From: Octopus vulgaris | Lineage: Eukaryota | Direction: 5' to 3' | Length of the DNA stretch: 64,000 nucleotides | Assembly (NCBI GenBank): GCA_951406725.2 | Contig: OX597833.1 | Coordinates: 48,918,001 to 48,982,000, forward strand | Part shown: positions 14,465 to 28,599 of the stretch, piece after piece | Position numbering within the stretch: the stretch's first letter is position 1 | How the letters are laid out: every line of letters starts with the position of its first letter | Position numbers and translations under genes: made by a program | Notes under the pieces: model-generated | Databases searched by the model: none | What the model was told of the DNA's origin: nothing | What the model saw: the letters and a program-made list of their open reading frames with translations, nothing else

Positions 14465-14522
14465 CTGAAAAGTAAAAAAAAAAAGAAAAAATATATTAAT
14501 GACTTAAATACATATATTACTC

Positions 14523-14557
<35 letters not shown>

Positions 14558-14558
14558 T

Positions 14559-14602
<44 letters not shown>

Positions 14603-14636
14603 TAATATATATATAATATATATATATTATATATAT

Positions 14637-14730
<94 letters not shown>

Positions 14731-14735
14731 GTAAT

Positions 14736-14779
<44 letters not shown>

Positions 14780-15796
14780 AATTTAACAAAAACACATCAA
14801 ACAGAAAATTCATAGTTAATTCCTTATCAGTCAACGTCCAAAACATCGTTACAATTTCACACCTTTAACATTGATATTGTTCACTTTTGGTGGCACCAGT
14901 GGAGAAAAGTCACCGAGAATAGCTAACGAATGTACAAGATAATGATGAAAACAAACACAATAAAATAAAATATACATATACAAAAAAAAAGCCATTTGGC
15001 CGTAAGACTGATATATGCATATACATATTAAACATATATATTTATGGATGACCGTTCAAGAATAGAAAACAAGAATGAACATGCTAGTAGTTATCCAACA
15101 ATGAATTTCTTATTTACTGCTCTGCTTTGGCCAATGGTAGTAGTTATTTCACAAGATATTCAGTGGTGATAAGGTCTGAATCCATATTGGATACTACTGT
15201 AATAATCTCTTGGCCTTCTTAAAACCATCTCCATAATCAACATGAACAGTACAAAAGAAAATGCAAAAACAGTTATAACTGTATGTTAGTTTTGTATTGT
15301 AATATGATGTATAATAATGTGCGTTGTGGATGTATAATGAAAAAGAAAAAAAAAAGGAAAAGGGATTAAAGAAAAAAGAAAGAGATATATTTATGAAGAA
15401 TGGTGACAGGGCATCAAACAAGACAACTTGTGAAAATTTCATTACATTGCTTTACGTTCTAGTTATGTCTCCACACAACTTTCTCTCACTCTAGGTTGAT
15501 ACAATAAATGTTAATATAAATATCTAAACCTTGAAGGTGGTGCTCCAGCATGGGTATAGCTCAATGAGCGAAAACAGTAAAAGAATATAGAGCTAAGATT
15601 GGAGCTTGGTGCAGCCATCTGGTTCCCCAGCCCTCAGTCAAAATTGTCCAACCCATGCTAGCATGGGAAAGCGGATGTTAAACGATGCTGATGATGCTGA
15701 TGTGTGTGTGTGTGCGTGCGCGCTTGTGTGTGTGTGTTTATGTATGAATGTGTATATGTATGTATGTATGTATAAGCATAACACCCTTCATGAATG

Positions 15797-15970
15797 TAGG
15801 AATTACAACCGTGTTTCGTGGTCTGCTACCACAACAGCTCCTTTATAGGATCCAGTTAGCTCAAGACATCATCAGGAGGAACCACGTCCGGTTTCAGCCC
15901 CTACTCCTCTACCGTTTTGACGTGGTGGGGCCCCCTCTTTCGGAGGTGTCTTCAGCTCTGGTGTTGGGTA
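15797..15970 (-). mobile_element. Partial copy of the hammerhead-motif repeat seen at 44998-45306
   Basis: Near-identical reverse complement of ~45137-45308. Confidence 0.8.
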
Positions 15971-16891
15971 TTTCAGGTTACTTGTGAATGCTACTGTCTA
16001 CATGTAAACCCACTACAACCTGTTACATGGAAAAACTGTTGGAGACTAAAAAGGTAACCCTCACCAAAATTCTACTGACCCTACATGGCAAGGAGGTTAA
16101 TTTTTGGACAGTGCAGGATGAAATACAAACTCTGCTAAATGGTGGAAGAATTTAGGACAATCACCATCCAACTGAATTATGCAAATGCATATATATATAT
16201 ATATCAGTATTTGCATAATTATGCAAATGTACATGGAACAAGGTTACTCTTGAGAACTTCAGTGTTTGTAGACAATGGCTAAATTTGTTATTTTTTATTT
16301 CTCACTAGTTTAATAATTTCAGACATTTAGAGAAAGACACACGTGTCGCAGAAGCATTTGTCACTATAAAATTTGGTGTAGGGGTATTTTTTTCTGTTTT
16401 TGTTGCTTTTCTTTTTATCTAAGTAAAAGTCAAGATTCAAACTTTTTGAAACCATAAACAGATAGTGTGGCTCTTGTTATAATGGTTGTAGCATCATGCA
16501 CATCTACAACAATGAAATACCACCGCCTGTGAATTTTTATCATTCTTGAGGGCCCACTGAAGACATAGCAGAACAGGAACAGTCATAATCCTCTGTTTCT
16601 CCACACAGCAGTATCCACTTTTGAAATGCAGCCACTGTATAAAAGGTAGAGTCCTGATCTTGCTATAGTGGTGTATATGTTCAATCACTGTGAGGGGCCC
16701 ATTACAGGAAGGCACAGCATCTTAAGAGAAAAGAAGAGGGAAGCACAAATAGTTATTATACTTGGTTAAAGTATTGGATAGAATACCTTGCTGTATTTGC
16801 TCTAACTCTGCATTATGGATTCAAATCATGTCAAAGTTAGCTTTGTGCTTCATCTGCCTTTGTCCTGCCTAAAATATATATATACATAAAT

Positions 16892-16929
<38 letters not shown>

Positions 16930-17253
16930 ATGTATGTATATATATATATATTGTATGTATGTATATATATATATATATGTACATATATATATATATTCAT
17001 ACATATATACATATATATATATGTATATATATATATATGTATACACACACACATTTATACACACACACACACATATATATATATAAGTAAATAAATTATT
17101 TACGTATACTACTCAAATTACTGCACATTAACCTGGAGTTTCTACCTTTAAATAGGTCGCTTGATCTGTGTTACTTGCATGAAATTTGCTACCCTGGTAA
17201 CTGTTTATTGAATTTTCCATGTTAATGGTAAACAAAGGATAATTCATTCATCC

Positions 17254-17301
<48 letters not shown>

Positions 17302-18133
17302 GATGAATGAATTATATATATATATATATACAGTGTATATATGTTTGTATGTTTGTGTGTCTATGTGTGTGCATATATGTGTGCATGTATATATATATAT
17401 TTGTGTGTGTATGTATATTCATATATCATAAGGGGCAAAAAAGATCCTTTGCCCTAATCCAAACAGTTTCTGTTGTCAATTGTGCTGACATCTTATACAA
17501 ATAAATAAATAAGAATAACCAAAAGATATTCCAAATTTTTCCTATGAAGACAATCATATATTCTGCCATTGGGTTAGCTCCTTCGAAATACTGGATAGCA
17601 TCATAGAGACTAGAAGTTAGTGTTTAAAAATATTCTTGACTAAAAATCTCATTTCTTATTGGGCTGTTGTAAATATAATAGTAAAAAAAAAAAAAAAACC
17701 GATATATTCCAATATTATTGAACAAATATCAAGACAATTGCATCAGTAAAACTGGTTTCAGTAGCAGATAAAAAAACAACAACAGCAACAACAACAAAAA
17801 ACACAAGAATAAATTAGCCTCATATTTAGAGTGACCTCATAAATAAGGTATTGAACCATGCTTTCTAAGGGAAACATAATAATGTATATTCAACCCTTTT
17901 ATAGATTATTATATTGCACATAGTAATATGATAAATAAACTAATGAAATTAAATTAGGAAATAACGCTCTGGTTACTTTTGTAATCAACTAGACTGCCAT
18001 CCCTTAAATTACAGGATTTGTGCCAAAATTTGAAACACTTTATATTATTTTCCTTACTACTACTATTATTATTATTATTATTATTACTGAGTGAGAGAGC
18101 AGTGCACGCCATCAAAGTGACACTGGGGTAAAA

Positions 18134-18177
<44 letters not shown>

Positions 18178-18587
18178 GTAGTAGTAGTAGTATTTTGCAG
18201 ATCAACTAGGAAAAAGAACCAAACTTGGAAACTCTAGATCTGAATAAAACGTTAGGGAAGCAATCATTAGCTGGAATAACTGTTGTGTGAAGATGATGTG
18301 TGTTACCCTAATGGGAACCCTTAGTTAATTCTAGTATTATTAGAGCACACATATATATGTCTTGATTTGCCAACAAGAATTGTTTATAGTAAGGATATAT
18401 ATGCTCAATACATATTTAGATGTTATAAATTAATGTATTTGAATATTATAATAAACATCTAATTTCACTTTGTTTAGCCCAAAATTTCACCAATCCTACA
18501 CCAGTATATGTACAACACGAGTTGTTCATTTGTAACCATGAACTGCAAACTGCAAGTAGAAAGACAAATAAACATATTAGTAGTAGA

Positions 18588-18938
18588 TGCGGGAGTGGCT
18601 GTGTGGTAAGTAGCTTGCTTACCAACCACATGGTTCTGGGTTCAGTCCCACTGCGTGGCACATTCAGCAAGTGACTTCTACTATAGCCTTGGGCCGACCA
18701 AAGCCTTGTGAGTGGATTTGGTAGACGGAAACTGAAAGAAGCCCGTCGTATATATGTATATGTATATATATATATGTGTGTTTGTGTGCCTGTATTTGAC
18801 ACCCAATGCTGGTGTGTTTACGTCCTTGTAACTTAGCGGTTCGGCAAAAAGACCAATAGAATAAGTCCTGGGGTTGATTTGCTCAACTAAAGGCGGTGCT
18901 CCAGCATGGCCACAGTCAAATGACTGAAACAGTTAAAA
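18588..18938 (+). mobile_element. SINE family A copy
   Basis: Pol III A-box TGGCTGTGTGG, B-box GGTTCAGTCCC, body and tail. Confidence 0.88.
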
Positions 18939-21900
18939 AAACAGAAAATGTTTTAAACTCTGAGTTACAGATTATATTTCATACATACAAACTTAACAAG
19001 AGACTGAAAATGGTCAGTATAAGCATGATTCAAATTTTTAATGAGCTGTATATATTGTTACCTATGATATGAGTTGAAGATAAACATACAATAAAATCTC
19101 TGCCTAAAACATGTTATATTTAACAAGTTCAGCAACACACACCTCTTTGGTTTTCTTATTCCCAAAGGACCAACAAAACTTCTACATTTATTTACTAGAA
19201 TTTGTATGCATTAATCTCTTATACAGCTGTGACATTGATTTGTTTTCACATGATAGTATCATGTTTAGATAAAACATCTAAAATACTTAAACAATTATTA
19301 CTGTTATCTTATAGTTGCAAACCATTTAGAAATACTCATCTTAGGTCAATGAACCCTGCAGCTGCAATACTGAACAGCTAACATTTATCTTCCTTGAAGT
19401 CAACACTACAATAGGTGAGAGCAATAGGTGAAAAGTGTTTGTTTCATTATCTTCCACATCATGTGCTTGAATGCAATTTGTGGTGTTGTGATAGATGAGA
19501 AAAATCAACAAATAAATCCTTACCCCTTTTACATATATTCTACCTACTAGTGAACAATGTGTAACACAAGTTAGTGAAATAAAACTAATTATATAAATTG
19601 GTGAATATGAAATGGAAATTAGAAGAAAATTTAAGAAACGAATGAAACAAATTTTTAGAATTTAAGAAACAAATGCTTTATTATAAGCTTTGATGCGTAA
19701 TTGACATAAACTTTATACCAGGAATTTAATTTTGCACTTGTTATAGGTTTGATAGTGGCTTTCAAGTCTTAGCAAAAAAATCCATTTAATCCAAGAAATC
19801 CCATGGTAAATGCTGCCTGAAGAGAATAAAAATTGAAGTCAGTAAACCAGTAAATCATCTTGATAATAATTTCTTTCCAGTTTAAAAGCTTAAAAAAATG
19901 TAAAAACGGTATTTTTATAGTCTGAGATCTGTGTGACACACACACACACACACATATATGTAAATATATATACATGCATATATATAATGTGCGTATCATT
20001 ATTTAGATATATGTGTGGATATGTGTGTATATATATATATATATAAATATATATGTATGTGTGTATGTAGTAACAAAGTAAATGAACCTTGAATGTCATT
20101 TTTGCACGAGAGGAAAATGATATGATATGGGAGTTTGGCAGAAAGCAATATTAATACTTGTGTGAGTAATTTCATTAACACCTACACAAAATCATCAAGA
20201 ATCAAAAATAGTTCACGAAGATCGATTAGAGAACCATTACTGACTGGTTAAAAGCTGAACACAGCACACATTATACATTTATTATACATGCATATACACA
20301 CACACACACACACACATATACGTATCATACATGTATACATATATGTATCCATAGATACATCCATACACATACACACAGCACTCATAAATATGTGTGTGTG
20401 CATGTGTGTGTGTGTGTGTAAATGCATTCACATACACTGTGAGGCTCTTATTACTGTTTTGCATTGAAATGATTAGGATTAATTAGAAAAGCTATTCTAA
20501 AATCTTTTGTAATGTTTATTTTCTCTGGCAGTTGAGGAAGCACTGTTGAATGTTAGAAGAGAAAGAAGCTAGGCTAGCAGGGTAAGACGAATAGAGAGAG
20601 AAAGAGACAGAGAAGGGGAGAGGAAGAAGAGAGTGAGAGAGAGTGTGTGTGTGAGAGAGAGAGAGAGAGAGAATATGTGTATGAGTGAACCTCATGGAGA
20701 AGAGGAACAAACATTAGTTAAACTGCCTCCTGTCATTTCTTCACTGTTAGCAGTCATTGAAAACGACTACAGTTTATTGATATACTATCAGTCAATTAAA
20801 AAAAAAAATATATATATATATACAAAAAAAAAAAAATCAAATCAAATCACTGCTTTTTCGTTTCTTTTCTCTGTCATCCTCCCTTCTATGTCTTTTTCTT
20901 ATTTCTTCAGTAAATTTATCAGACAATCGTCTTAATTCTGAATATCACTGCATGAGAATTTTTCTTCATCTGCAAGTGAATAATGAATAAATATCAATAA
21001 TAGTAGTGATTTCTTTTGACTAGACACAGTGCCAGTTTTTTGATGGAGATGTGCACGGATATTAAATTTATGCCATTATATAACTGGTATTTAATTATCC
21101 TTATTGAAGAATGAAAGACGAATTTGACCTCACTAGGATTTGATCTCGGGACATAAAGGGATGGAACTAAATTCTGTAAGGCGTTTAGTTTAGTTCGGTG
21201 CTTTGTATGAAATTTAATCAAATGTAATTTAGGAGTAGAATGAGGGGGGGGGGGGCTGAGGAAAAGGGTGAGGAGAGATGAAATTTTGAAAGGTAAAATT
21301 ACCCTGTAATTTTTTTTTGTGAAATGTTAAGCTTTGGAAGAACTCCGGAGATGATTTGGAGTACAACTTTGGATGATTCATAAAAAAAGAAAAGAAATAT
21401 AAAAAAAAAAAAAAGGGAAAAATTTATTTTCTTCCTTTTGCAAGGTCACCTTCCTGGAGAGAGCTCTCAGGAAAGAGAGGTAAAGATGGATAAATGTATG
21501 TATGCAAGTATATAGTAGCGTCAATAATTACAATACATAGAAATAATAGCAAAATATAGAGTGGACAAAGAGGGTAGGGGGAGCGAGAGAGAATGAAATG
21601 CAATTGGAGCCGGCATTTAGCAGAATTTACCTGTAACTCCTAAGTGTGCACTGGCGTCTAAAATAGATGGCAATTTAAAAATGAATTAAAACACACGACT
21701 GAGTAAAAAGCAACTTACAAAGCCATAGTGATATTGATGCAGATGTGACGAGAAAGCAGAGTTTTGCAGTGGTTGGAAGAACTGGTGATTCTAGGTATTT
21801 CAATGAAAATAGCTAGATGTTTGTTGAAATACTGGTCTAATATTGAGCTGCAGGCCAGATACCAGGTCACATGACATTCGATCAATATGATGTAGAAAAA

Positions 21901-21944
21901 AAAAAGTAACAGCAGCAATGACAGAGCAATAATATTAGAAGAAG

Positions 21945-22035
21945 TAGTAGCAACAACAGCAGCAGTAGCAGCAGCAGTAACAACAGCAGTATCAGCAGCA
22001 GCAGCAGCAGCAGCAGCTGCAACAGTAGTAGCTGT
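21945..22035. repeat. Imperfect (CAG/CAA/TAG)n trinucleotide tract
   Basis: Directly visible. Confidence 0.9.
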
Positions 22036-22770
22036 AATCTTATTGTGCTACAAATTTCAATCGTTCACACTATTTATGTGATATGAGAAAATGCAGTAGG
22101 CGGCCAAGTATTGGATCACAATTTATTGGGATTAAGTCAGAGTGGATAAGTATCATCAGTTAATGTACACTATCTATAATGATTGATTAATCATTCCAGC
22201 CACCCAAAAGCAATATTTCCATTTCATTCCAGATGTTTTACTCTTTATTTAAAAAAAAAAATATATATATATAAGTCGTTTAAATGTTAATTAGGAATAT
22301 TTCAGCCATTTTCGTAAAATGACAATTTAAATGAGTGAATATATTATCACTGAACATCAAGGATTTCCTTCAAGACTACTTATGTTATTATTAGTTGATA
22401 TAACGAATAAAAGTAATTAATTTATTGATAACTGTTTTTTAACCCAGCCCACCCAGATGAGGTTTAAATAAAGAATAGTGATGTACTAAGATAAGACCGT
22501 ATAACTCAGGTGACTCTCACTGCTTTCGCATAGTCTCCAGTCAAGTCTAAGAATATTAACAACGGATATTAATAAGAGAAAAATGTATTTAACACTAGAT
22601 AAGACAAAGAAAAAAAAATGCTGATGATCTGCAAAAAAAAAATGTGTTGTGGGAAACAAACAGTAATGAGATATTTCGGTTTTGCAAAAAAAAACATAAT
22701 AATAATAATAATAATAATAGCATATAAATAAATAAACCCCTCAAAACTTCTGATATTTCATGATAAACAG

Positions 22771-22969
22771 TTTACTCTTTTACTCTCTTTTACTTGTTTC
22801 AGTCATTTGACTGCGGCCGTGCTGGAGCACCACCTTTAATCGAGCAACTCGACCCCGGGACTTATTCTTTTGTAAGTCCAGTACTTATTCTATTGGTGTC
22901 TTTTGCCGAACCGCTAAGCAATGGGGACATAAACACTAGGGGACAAACAGAGACACACAAACACACACA

Positions 22970-23013
<44 letters not shown>

Positions 23014-23180
23014 TACGACAGGCTTCTTTCAGTTTCCGTCTACCAAATCCACTCACAAGGCTTTGGTCGGCCCGAGGCTGTAGTAGAAGACACTTGCCCA
23101 AAGTGCCATGCAGTGGGACTGAACCCGGAACCATGTAGTTGGTAAACAAGCTACTTACCACATAGCCACTCCTGCGCCTA
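22771..23180 (-). mobile_element. SINE family A copy
   Basis: Near-full reverse copy. Confidence 0.9.
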
Positions 23181-23667
23181 GTTTATTGAAATCTAACTAG
23201 AAAATACTTCTTAAATCATACACACACACACACACACACACCCTTCACATTTTTGGGTTTTACAAATGAGATGTACATGATGTACAGTATATTTACTTGC
23301 AGAAAGATGGTGCACCTTGTTTAGTTTGTCATGTGAAAAATTATATCAATCAAAAAACTCAGAATAGCAATGACCGGAATCATCATCATCATCATCATAA
23401 TCATGATCATCATAATGATCATCATTTCTTTAACATCTACTTTCCTGCGCTTGCATGTGTCGGGCAGAGTTTACTGAGGGAGATTTTCTACGACCGGGTA
23501 CACTCCCATTTACCAACCCACACCTGTTTCCAAGCAAGGTGATATTTACCCATGGCTAGACATGTCTCCCCCAGAAACACTGGAAAAGAATGACACTGCT
23601 TGTGTGACAGTGACACTCATTTACAGCTATTACATACTCCAGGAGATGTACTCACACATATACATAC

Positions 23668-24000
23668 ACATCATCATCATCATAATCGTTTAACATCCGT
23701 TTTCCATGTTAGCATGGGTTGGATGGTTCGACCGGGGTCTGGGAAGCCAGTAGGCTGCACCAGGCTCCACTCTGATCTGGCAATGTTTCTATAGCTGGAT
23801 GTCCTTCCTAATGCCAACCACTCCGTGAGTGTAGTGGGTGCTTTTTACGTGCCAGGCGAGGCTGGCAACAGCCACGATCGGTTGGTGCCTTTTACGTGCC
23901 ACCAGCATGGAAACCAGTCAGGGCGGCGCTGGCAACGGCTACATTCGGATGGTGCTTTTTATGTGCCCCCAGCACTGGTATCACAACTACAATTTCCAGA
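23668..24000 (-). mobile_element. RTE 3'-end-derived repeat with (GAT)n tail (family C); other copies 15592-15700, 35203-35356, 57985-58285
   Basis: Matches the 3' UTR and tail of the RTE LINE at ~27740-28150. Confidence 0.8.
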
Positions 24001-24061
24001 GATAAAAATACATACATGCATACATATATATATGTATATATGTATGCATGTATATGTGTAT

Positions 24062-24093
<32 letters not shown>

Positions 24094-24243
24094 ACAATGG
24101 CTTTCTTTCAACTTCTGTCAACCAATTCTAGTAACAAGACTTTGGTTGGGCTGAGGCCACAGAAGAAGACACTTGCCCATGGTGCCATGCAGTGGGACTG
24201 AACTTGAGGCAATACAGCTGGGAAATAAATATATTAAATACAT

Positions 24244-24411
24244 AGGCGTAGGAGTGGTAAGTAGCTTGCTTACCAACCACATGGTTCCAGGTTCAGTCCC
24301 ACTGCATGGCACCTTGGGCAAGTGTCTTCTACTATAGCCTCAGGCCGACCAAAGCCTTGTGAGTGGATTTGGTAGACAGAAACTGAAAGAACCCCATCGT
24401 ATATATGTATG

Positions 24412-24491
<80 letters not shown>

Positions 24492-24710
24492 TATGTGTTT
24501 ATGTGTCTGTGTTTGTCCCCCCAGCATCGCTTGACAACCGATGGTGGTGTGTTTACGCTCCTGTAACTTAGCAGTTCGGCAAAAGATACCGATAGAATAA
24601 GTACTAGGCTTCCAAACAATAAGTCCTGGGGTCGATTTGCTCGACTAAAGGCAGTGCTCCAGCATGGCCACGGTCAAATGACTGAAACAAGTAGAAGAGT
24701 AAAAGAGTAG
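24244..24710 (+). mobile_element. SINE family A copy
   Basis: Forward copy with tail AAGTAGAAGAGTAAAAGAG. Confidence 0.9.
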
Positions 24711-24869
24711 AATATGCCCCCCCCCCACACACACAAAGGGTCTTGGGGCTAAATTTGATGACATTTTATGTCTCCTTTATTTCAGGAACAGCTTTTATGT
24801 ATTGGTCAATAGTCAGTGGCATTGGAGAGCATACAAATTGAAGTTGTAGTAGAAAAAGAGTTAACTGAC

Positions 24870-25770
24870 ATGGAGAACTAGACGCCATCTGAATACTGGA
24901 GATGAGTGACCTATGTTATGAAGATTCACATTGGGCATCAAAATGCTGACATCATGATTGCAGCTCAATGCTCTGCGAACGCTGTAACGGCTGTAAGACA
25001 TGACATAGACATCATGAAAAACCATGTTTCCCCAAACAGTGATGGTCTTTGGATTTGCCTCCAGTGAGGGTCATGTCATAGTATCCCATAACTTTGAACA
25101 GAGGCATAGGATCAATTCAGATGGCTATGGGAAGCTGCTGGAAAATGTGGTCAAACCTTGGCTAGAGAGGGTTGCTATGGGAGGCTGCTGGAAACTGTGA
25201 TCAGACCCTGGCTAGAGAGGATTGCTATGAAATCTGCTGGAAACTGTGATCAGACCCTGGCTAGAAAGGATTGCTATGGAAGCCTGCTGGAAACTGTGGT
25301 CAAACCCTGGCTGGAGAGGATTGCTATGGGAGGCTGTTGGAAACTGTGGTCAAACCCTGGCTAGAAAGGATTGCTATGGGAAGTTGCTGGAAACTGTGAT
25401 CAGACCCTGGCTAGAGAGGATTCCTATGAAATCTGCTGGAAACTGTGGTCAGACCCTGGCTAGAGAGGATTGCTATGGGAAGTTGCTGGAAACTGTGGTC
25501 AGACCCTGGCTAGAGAGGATTGCTAGTGGATGGCCATATGTGTGGCGGCACATACCTTGCTATATCTCCAGACAGAGTCTGAAGTAGTTGTTGAAGAATT
25601 GCTATGAATACACCAGCCCTAATTTCTGGCCCCCTAATTCCCTTCATTGTAATCCCATGGATTACTATGTGTGGGGTGCATTTAAAAAAGACACCTACTG
25701 CTCGGCCTACAACAATAAGACCAAAATTGAGGAAGTGCTTGGAGATCTTCAGAAGGACACAGGGTTTTAG
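24870..25770 (+). pseudogene. Decayed Tc1/mariner transposase (DD37D/maT-like)
   Basis: Translates to MVFG.ASSEGHV...INSDGY..LLE.VVKPWLERIASG.PYVW and FWPPNSLHCNPMDYYVWG (SPDLNP-type motif); stops and frameshifts. Confidence 0.8.
25124..25521 (+). repeat. Minisatellite, 8 x 49-50 bp, inside the transposase
   Basis: Unit GCTATGGGAAGCTGCTGGAAACTGTGGTCAAACCCTGGCTAGAGAGGATT starting at 25124, 25174, 25224, 25273, 25323, 25373, 25423, 25472. Confidence 0.95.
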
Positions 25771-25911
25771 AATGCCTTTATTTTTGGATGGGATATTACG
25801 TTTTTTCTCCTTTTATGCAAACTGTCAAATTTAGCCTAAACAGCTTGTGTGTGTGTGTGTGTGTATTTGTGTGTGTATATAATCAAAATAAGCAACAAGG
25901 ATATCCAGAGG

Positions 25912-26004
25912 TTATGCAGTACAATTGTTTCATGCAACTCCATTTAACTGAACAATGCAATCATAATATCAATTTAAAATGCAGAGCAATCTTCAGCTGC
26001 ACAA
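25912..26004 (-). ncRNA. Type I minimal hammerhead ribozyme motif (Penelope-type)
   Basis: Minus strand: TTGTGCAG-CTGAAGA-[long stem II]-T-GAAA-CAATTG-TA^CTGCATAA; canonical core, 8-bp stem I, palindromic stem III. Confidence 0.75.
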
Positions 26005-26504
26005 AGACATACAATTTAATTAAATTAGAACAGATGGACACATTAGTATAATTATACCAAAAATCTCCAAGAAGTTAAGGAGATAGACAAAGAACATGCT
26101 GTCTCACTCCAGCATAGAAGTTACTAAGTTTTCAAGAAGATATACATTGTTACAGACTCTGCCAATCACTGATTTTTTTTTGTTGTTATGGGGTAAGTTT
26201 TGTTTTATAGACTAGTTTATCAAATCCCTTGTATATCTAAGGCTGGGAGAACAGAGAGCAGTATCTGTTAAGGGTAGGGCTGAGGGAGCAGACAGACATC
26301 ATAGTTGGTATAGTCATAAAAAAATCAAGATTTATTAGAAGCAATATCATGTGGTTTGGTAAAGGTAAACTTAAAACAAGATGTTAGCTGACAATTAAGG
26401 GAGTCGCTCACTAGCAGACTATTGATAATGAAATAGCCGAGTCTTATCATGTAGTACTATAGTTAAATAGTTTAAACTATGTTGCTATATTGTATACAGT
26501 TAAA

Positions 26505-28150
26505 GTTTAGATGAGGGTTGGCAACAAGTACAGTGAAGAATTTCAGGTAGAGGTAGGGGTCCACCAAGGTTCAGTCCTCAGGCCCCTCCTATTTATCATA
26601 GTCCTCCAAGCAATAACAGAGGAATTCAAGACAGGATGCCCCTTGGAGCTCCTCTATGCTGATGACCTTGCTCTAATTGCTGAGTCACTATCAGAACTAG
26701 AGGAAAAGTTTCAAGTGTGGAAACAAGGATTAGAATCGAAGGGCCTTAGAGTCAACCTAGCTAAAACCAAAGTCTTAATAAGTAGGAAGGCAGACAAACC
26801 ATGAATCCCTTCAGGAAGATGGCCCTGCTTGATCTGTAGAAAAGGCATAGGTAGAAACTCTATAAGATGTACCCAGTGTAAGCTATGGACAGTGTAAGAG
26901 GTGCAGAAATATCAAAGGAGGCTAACTGGGAAGATAGTTTTTGTATGTGGCAGATGCTCAGGAGCAATAAACACTGAAAATGTGCAGAGAACGACTTCTG
27001 CCATATTCCAGGGAGAAAAACTAGAAGTAGTTGATAGCTTCCATTACCTAGGTGACCAAGTCAGTAGTTGGGGAGGGAGTGCTGAAAGTGTAGCTGCTAG
27101 AATAGCCTGGGCAAAGTTCAGAGAGCTCTTACCTCTACTGGTGACAAAGGGCCTCTCACTCAGAGTAAAAGGTAGACTGCATGACGCATGTGTACGAACA
27201 GCCATGCTACATGGCAGTGAAACATGGGCCATGACTGCTGAGGACATGCATAAGCTCGCAAGTAATGAAGTCAGTATGCTCTGATGGGTGTGTAATGTCA
27301 GTGTGCATACTTGACAGACTGTAAGTACCTTGAGAGAAAAGTTGGACCTAAGAAGCATCAGATGTTGTGTGCAAGAGAGATGACTAGGCTGGTATGATCA
27401 TGTGGTGAGAATGGATGAGGATAGCTGTGTGAAAAAGTGCCACACCCTAGTGGTTGAGGGAACCTGTGGAAGAGGTAGATCCATGAAGACCTTGGATGAG
27501 GTAGTGAAGCATGACCTTCAAACATTAGGCCTCACTGAGGTAATGACTAGTGACCGAGACCTTTGGAAATATGCTGTGCTTGAGAAGACCCAGCAAGCCA
27601 AGTGAGACCATAGCCTTGTGGCCTATGCCAGGAGTGTAACCAGCCCACTTATGCGTACCTTTCTTACATTGGACACTAAACTCTGTTTGCGAAGGCCTGT
27701 TGGAGCAAGTGAAATCGAAATCAAATTCGATGACTGGCATCCGTGCTAGTGGAGTGCTAAGAGCACTATCTGAGCGTGATCATTGCTAGAGCAGCAAACT
27801 TGCTTCCGTGCCAGTGGCACATAAAAAGCACCATTCGCCAGTGGCATGTGAAAAAACATTCGAGTGAGGTCGTTGCCAGTGCTGCTGGACTGGCTCCTGT
27901 GCAGGTGGCACATAAAAAACACCATTTGAGTGTGGCCATTGCCAGTACCGCCTGATTGGCCCTTATGCTGGTGGCATGTAAAAGCACCTACTACACTCTC
28001 GGAGTGGTTGGCATTAGGAAGGGCATCCAGCTGTAGAAACTCTGCTAGATCAGATTGGAGCCTGGTGCAGCCATCTGGTTCACTAGTCCTCAGTCAAATC
28101 GTCCAACCCATGCTAGCATGGAAAGTAGATGTTAAACAATGATGATGATG
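26505..28150 (+). mobile_element. 5'-truncated RTE-clade LINE (RT, 3' UTR, (GAT)n tail)
   Basis: VGVHQGSVL.PLLF, ELLYADDL, FHYLG, AWAKFRELLP, MLHGSETW motifs; stops and frameshifts. Confidence 0.9.
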
Positions 28151-28533
28151 ATATATATATTTATATATATCAGTTAGGTGTGAAATTTTTTACATCTGGA
28201 TGCTCTCCCTTTTGCCAATATTCACCTTTCCAAGTAAGATAATATTTCCTCACGACAGATATGTCTTGCAAGATTGGAAACAAAGGAGGGTGACACATGC
28301 TAACAACTATCATATGATGTCAAGGGAGAGAGACAATCTTACAGACCAGCACAGACAAAGCTTTGGTTGGCTCATGGCTATTGTAGAAGATGCTTGCCCA
28401 AGGTGTCATGCAGTAGGACTCTACTTGATACTAACTAAGCAGTTGGAATGTGAACATTGAACTTCTTACCACACAGCTATGTCTGTGCTTGTGAGTGTGT
28501 GTCTGTGTGTTTGTGTGTGTGTGTGCGTGTGTA

Positions 28534-28590
<57 letters not shown>

Positions 28591-28599
28591 GTAAGAATA

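Noticed and set aside
14815-14862. Minus-strand GAAATTGTA...CTGATAA hammerhead-like pieces
   Set aside because: Non-canonical core and unconvincing stems.
25124-25521. CRISPR-like appearance of this array and of 51142-51392 and 39390-39575
   Set aside because: Contiguous tandem units with no unique spacers, no cas genes, eukaryotic transposon context.
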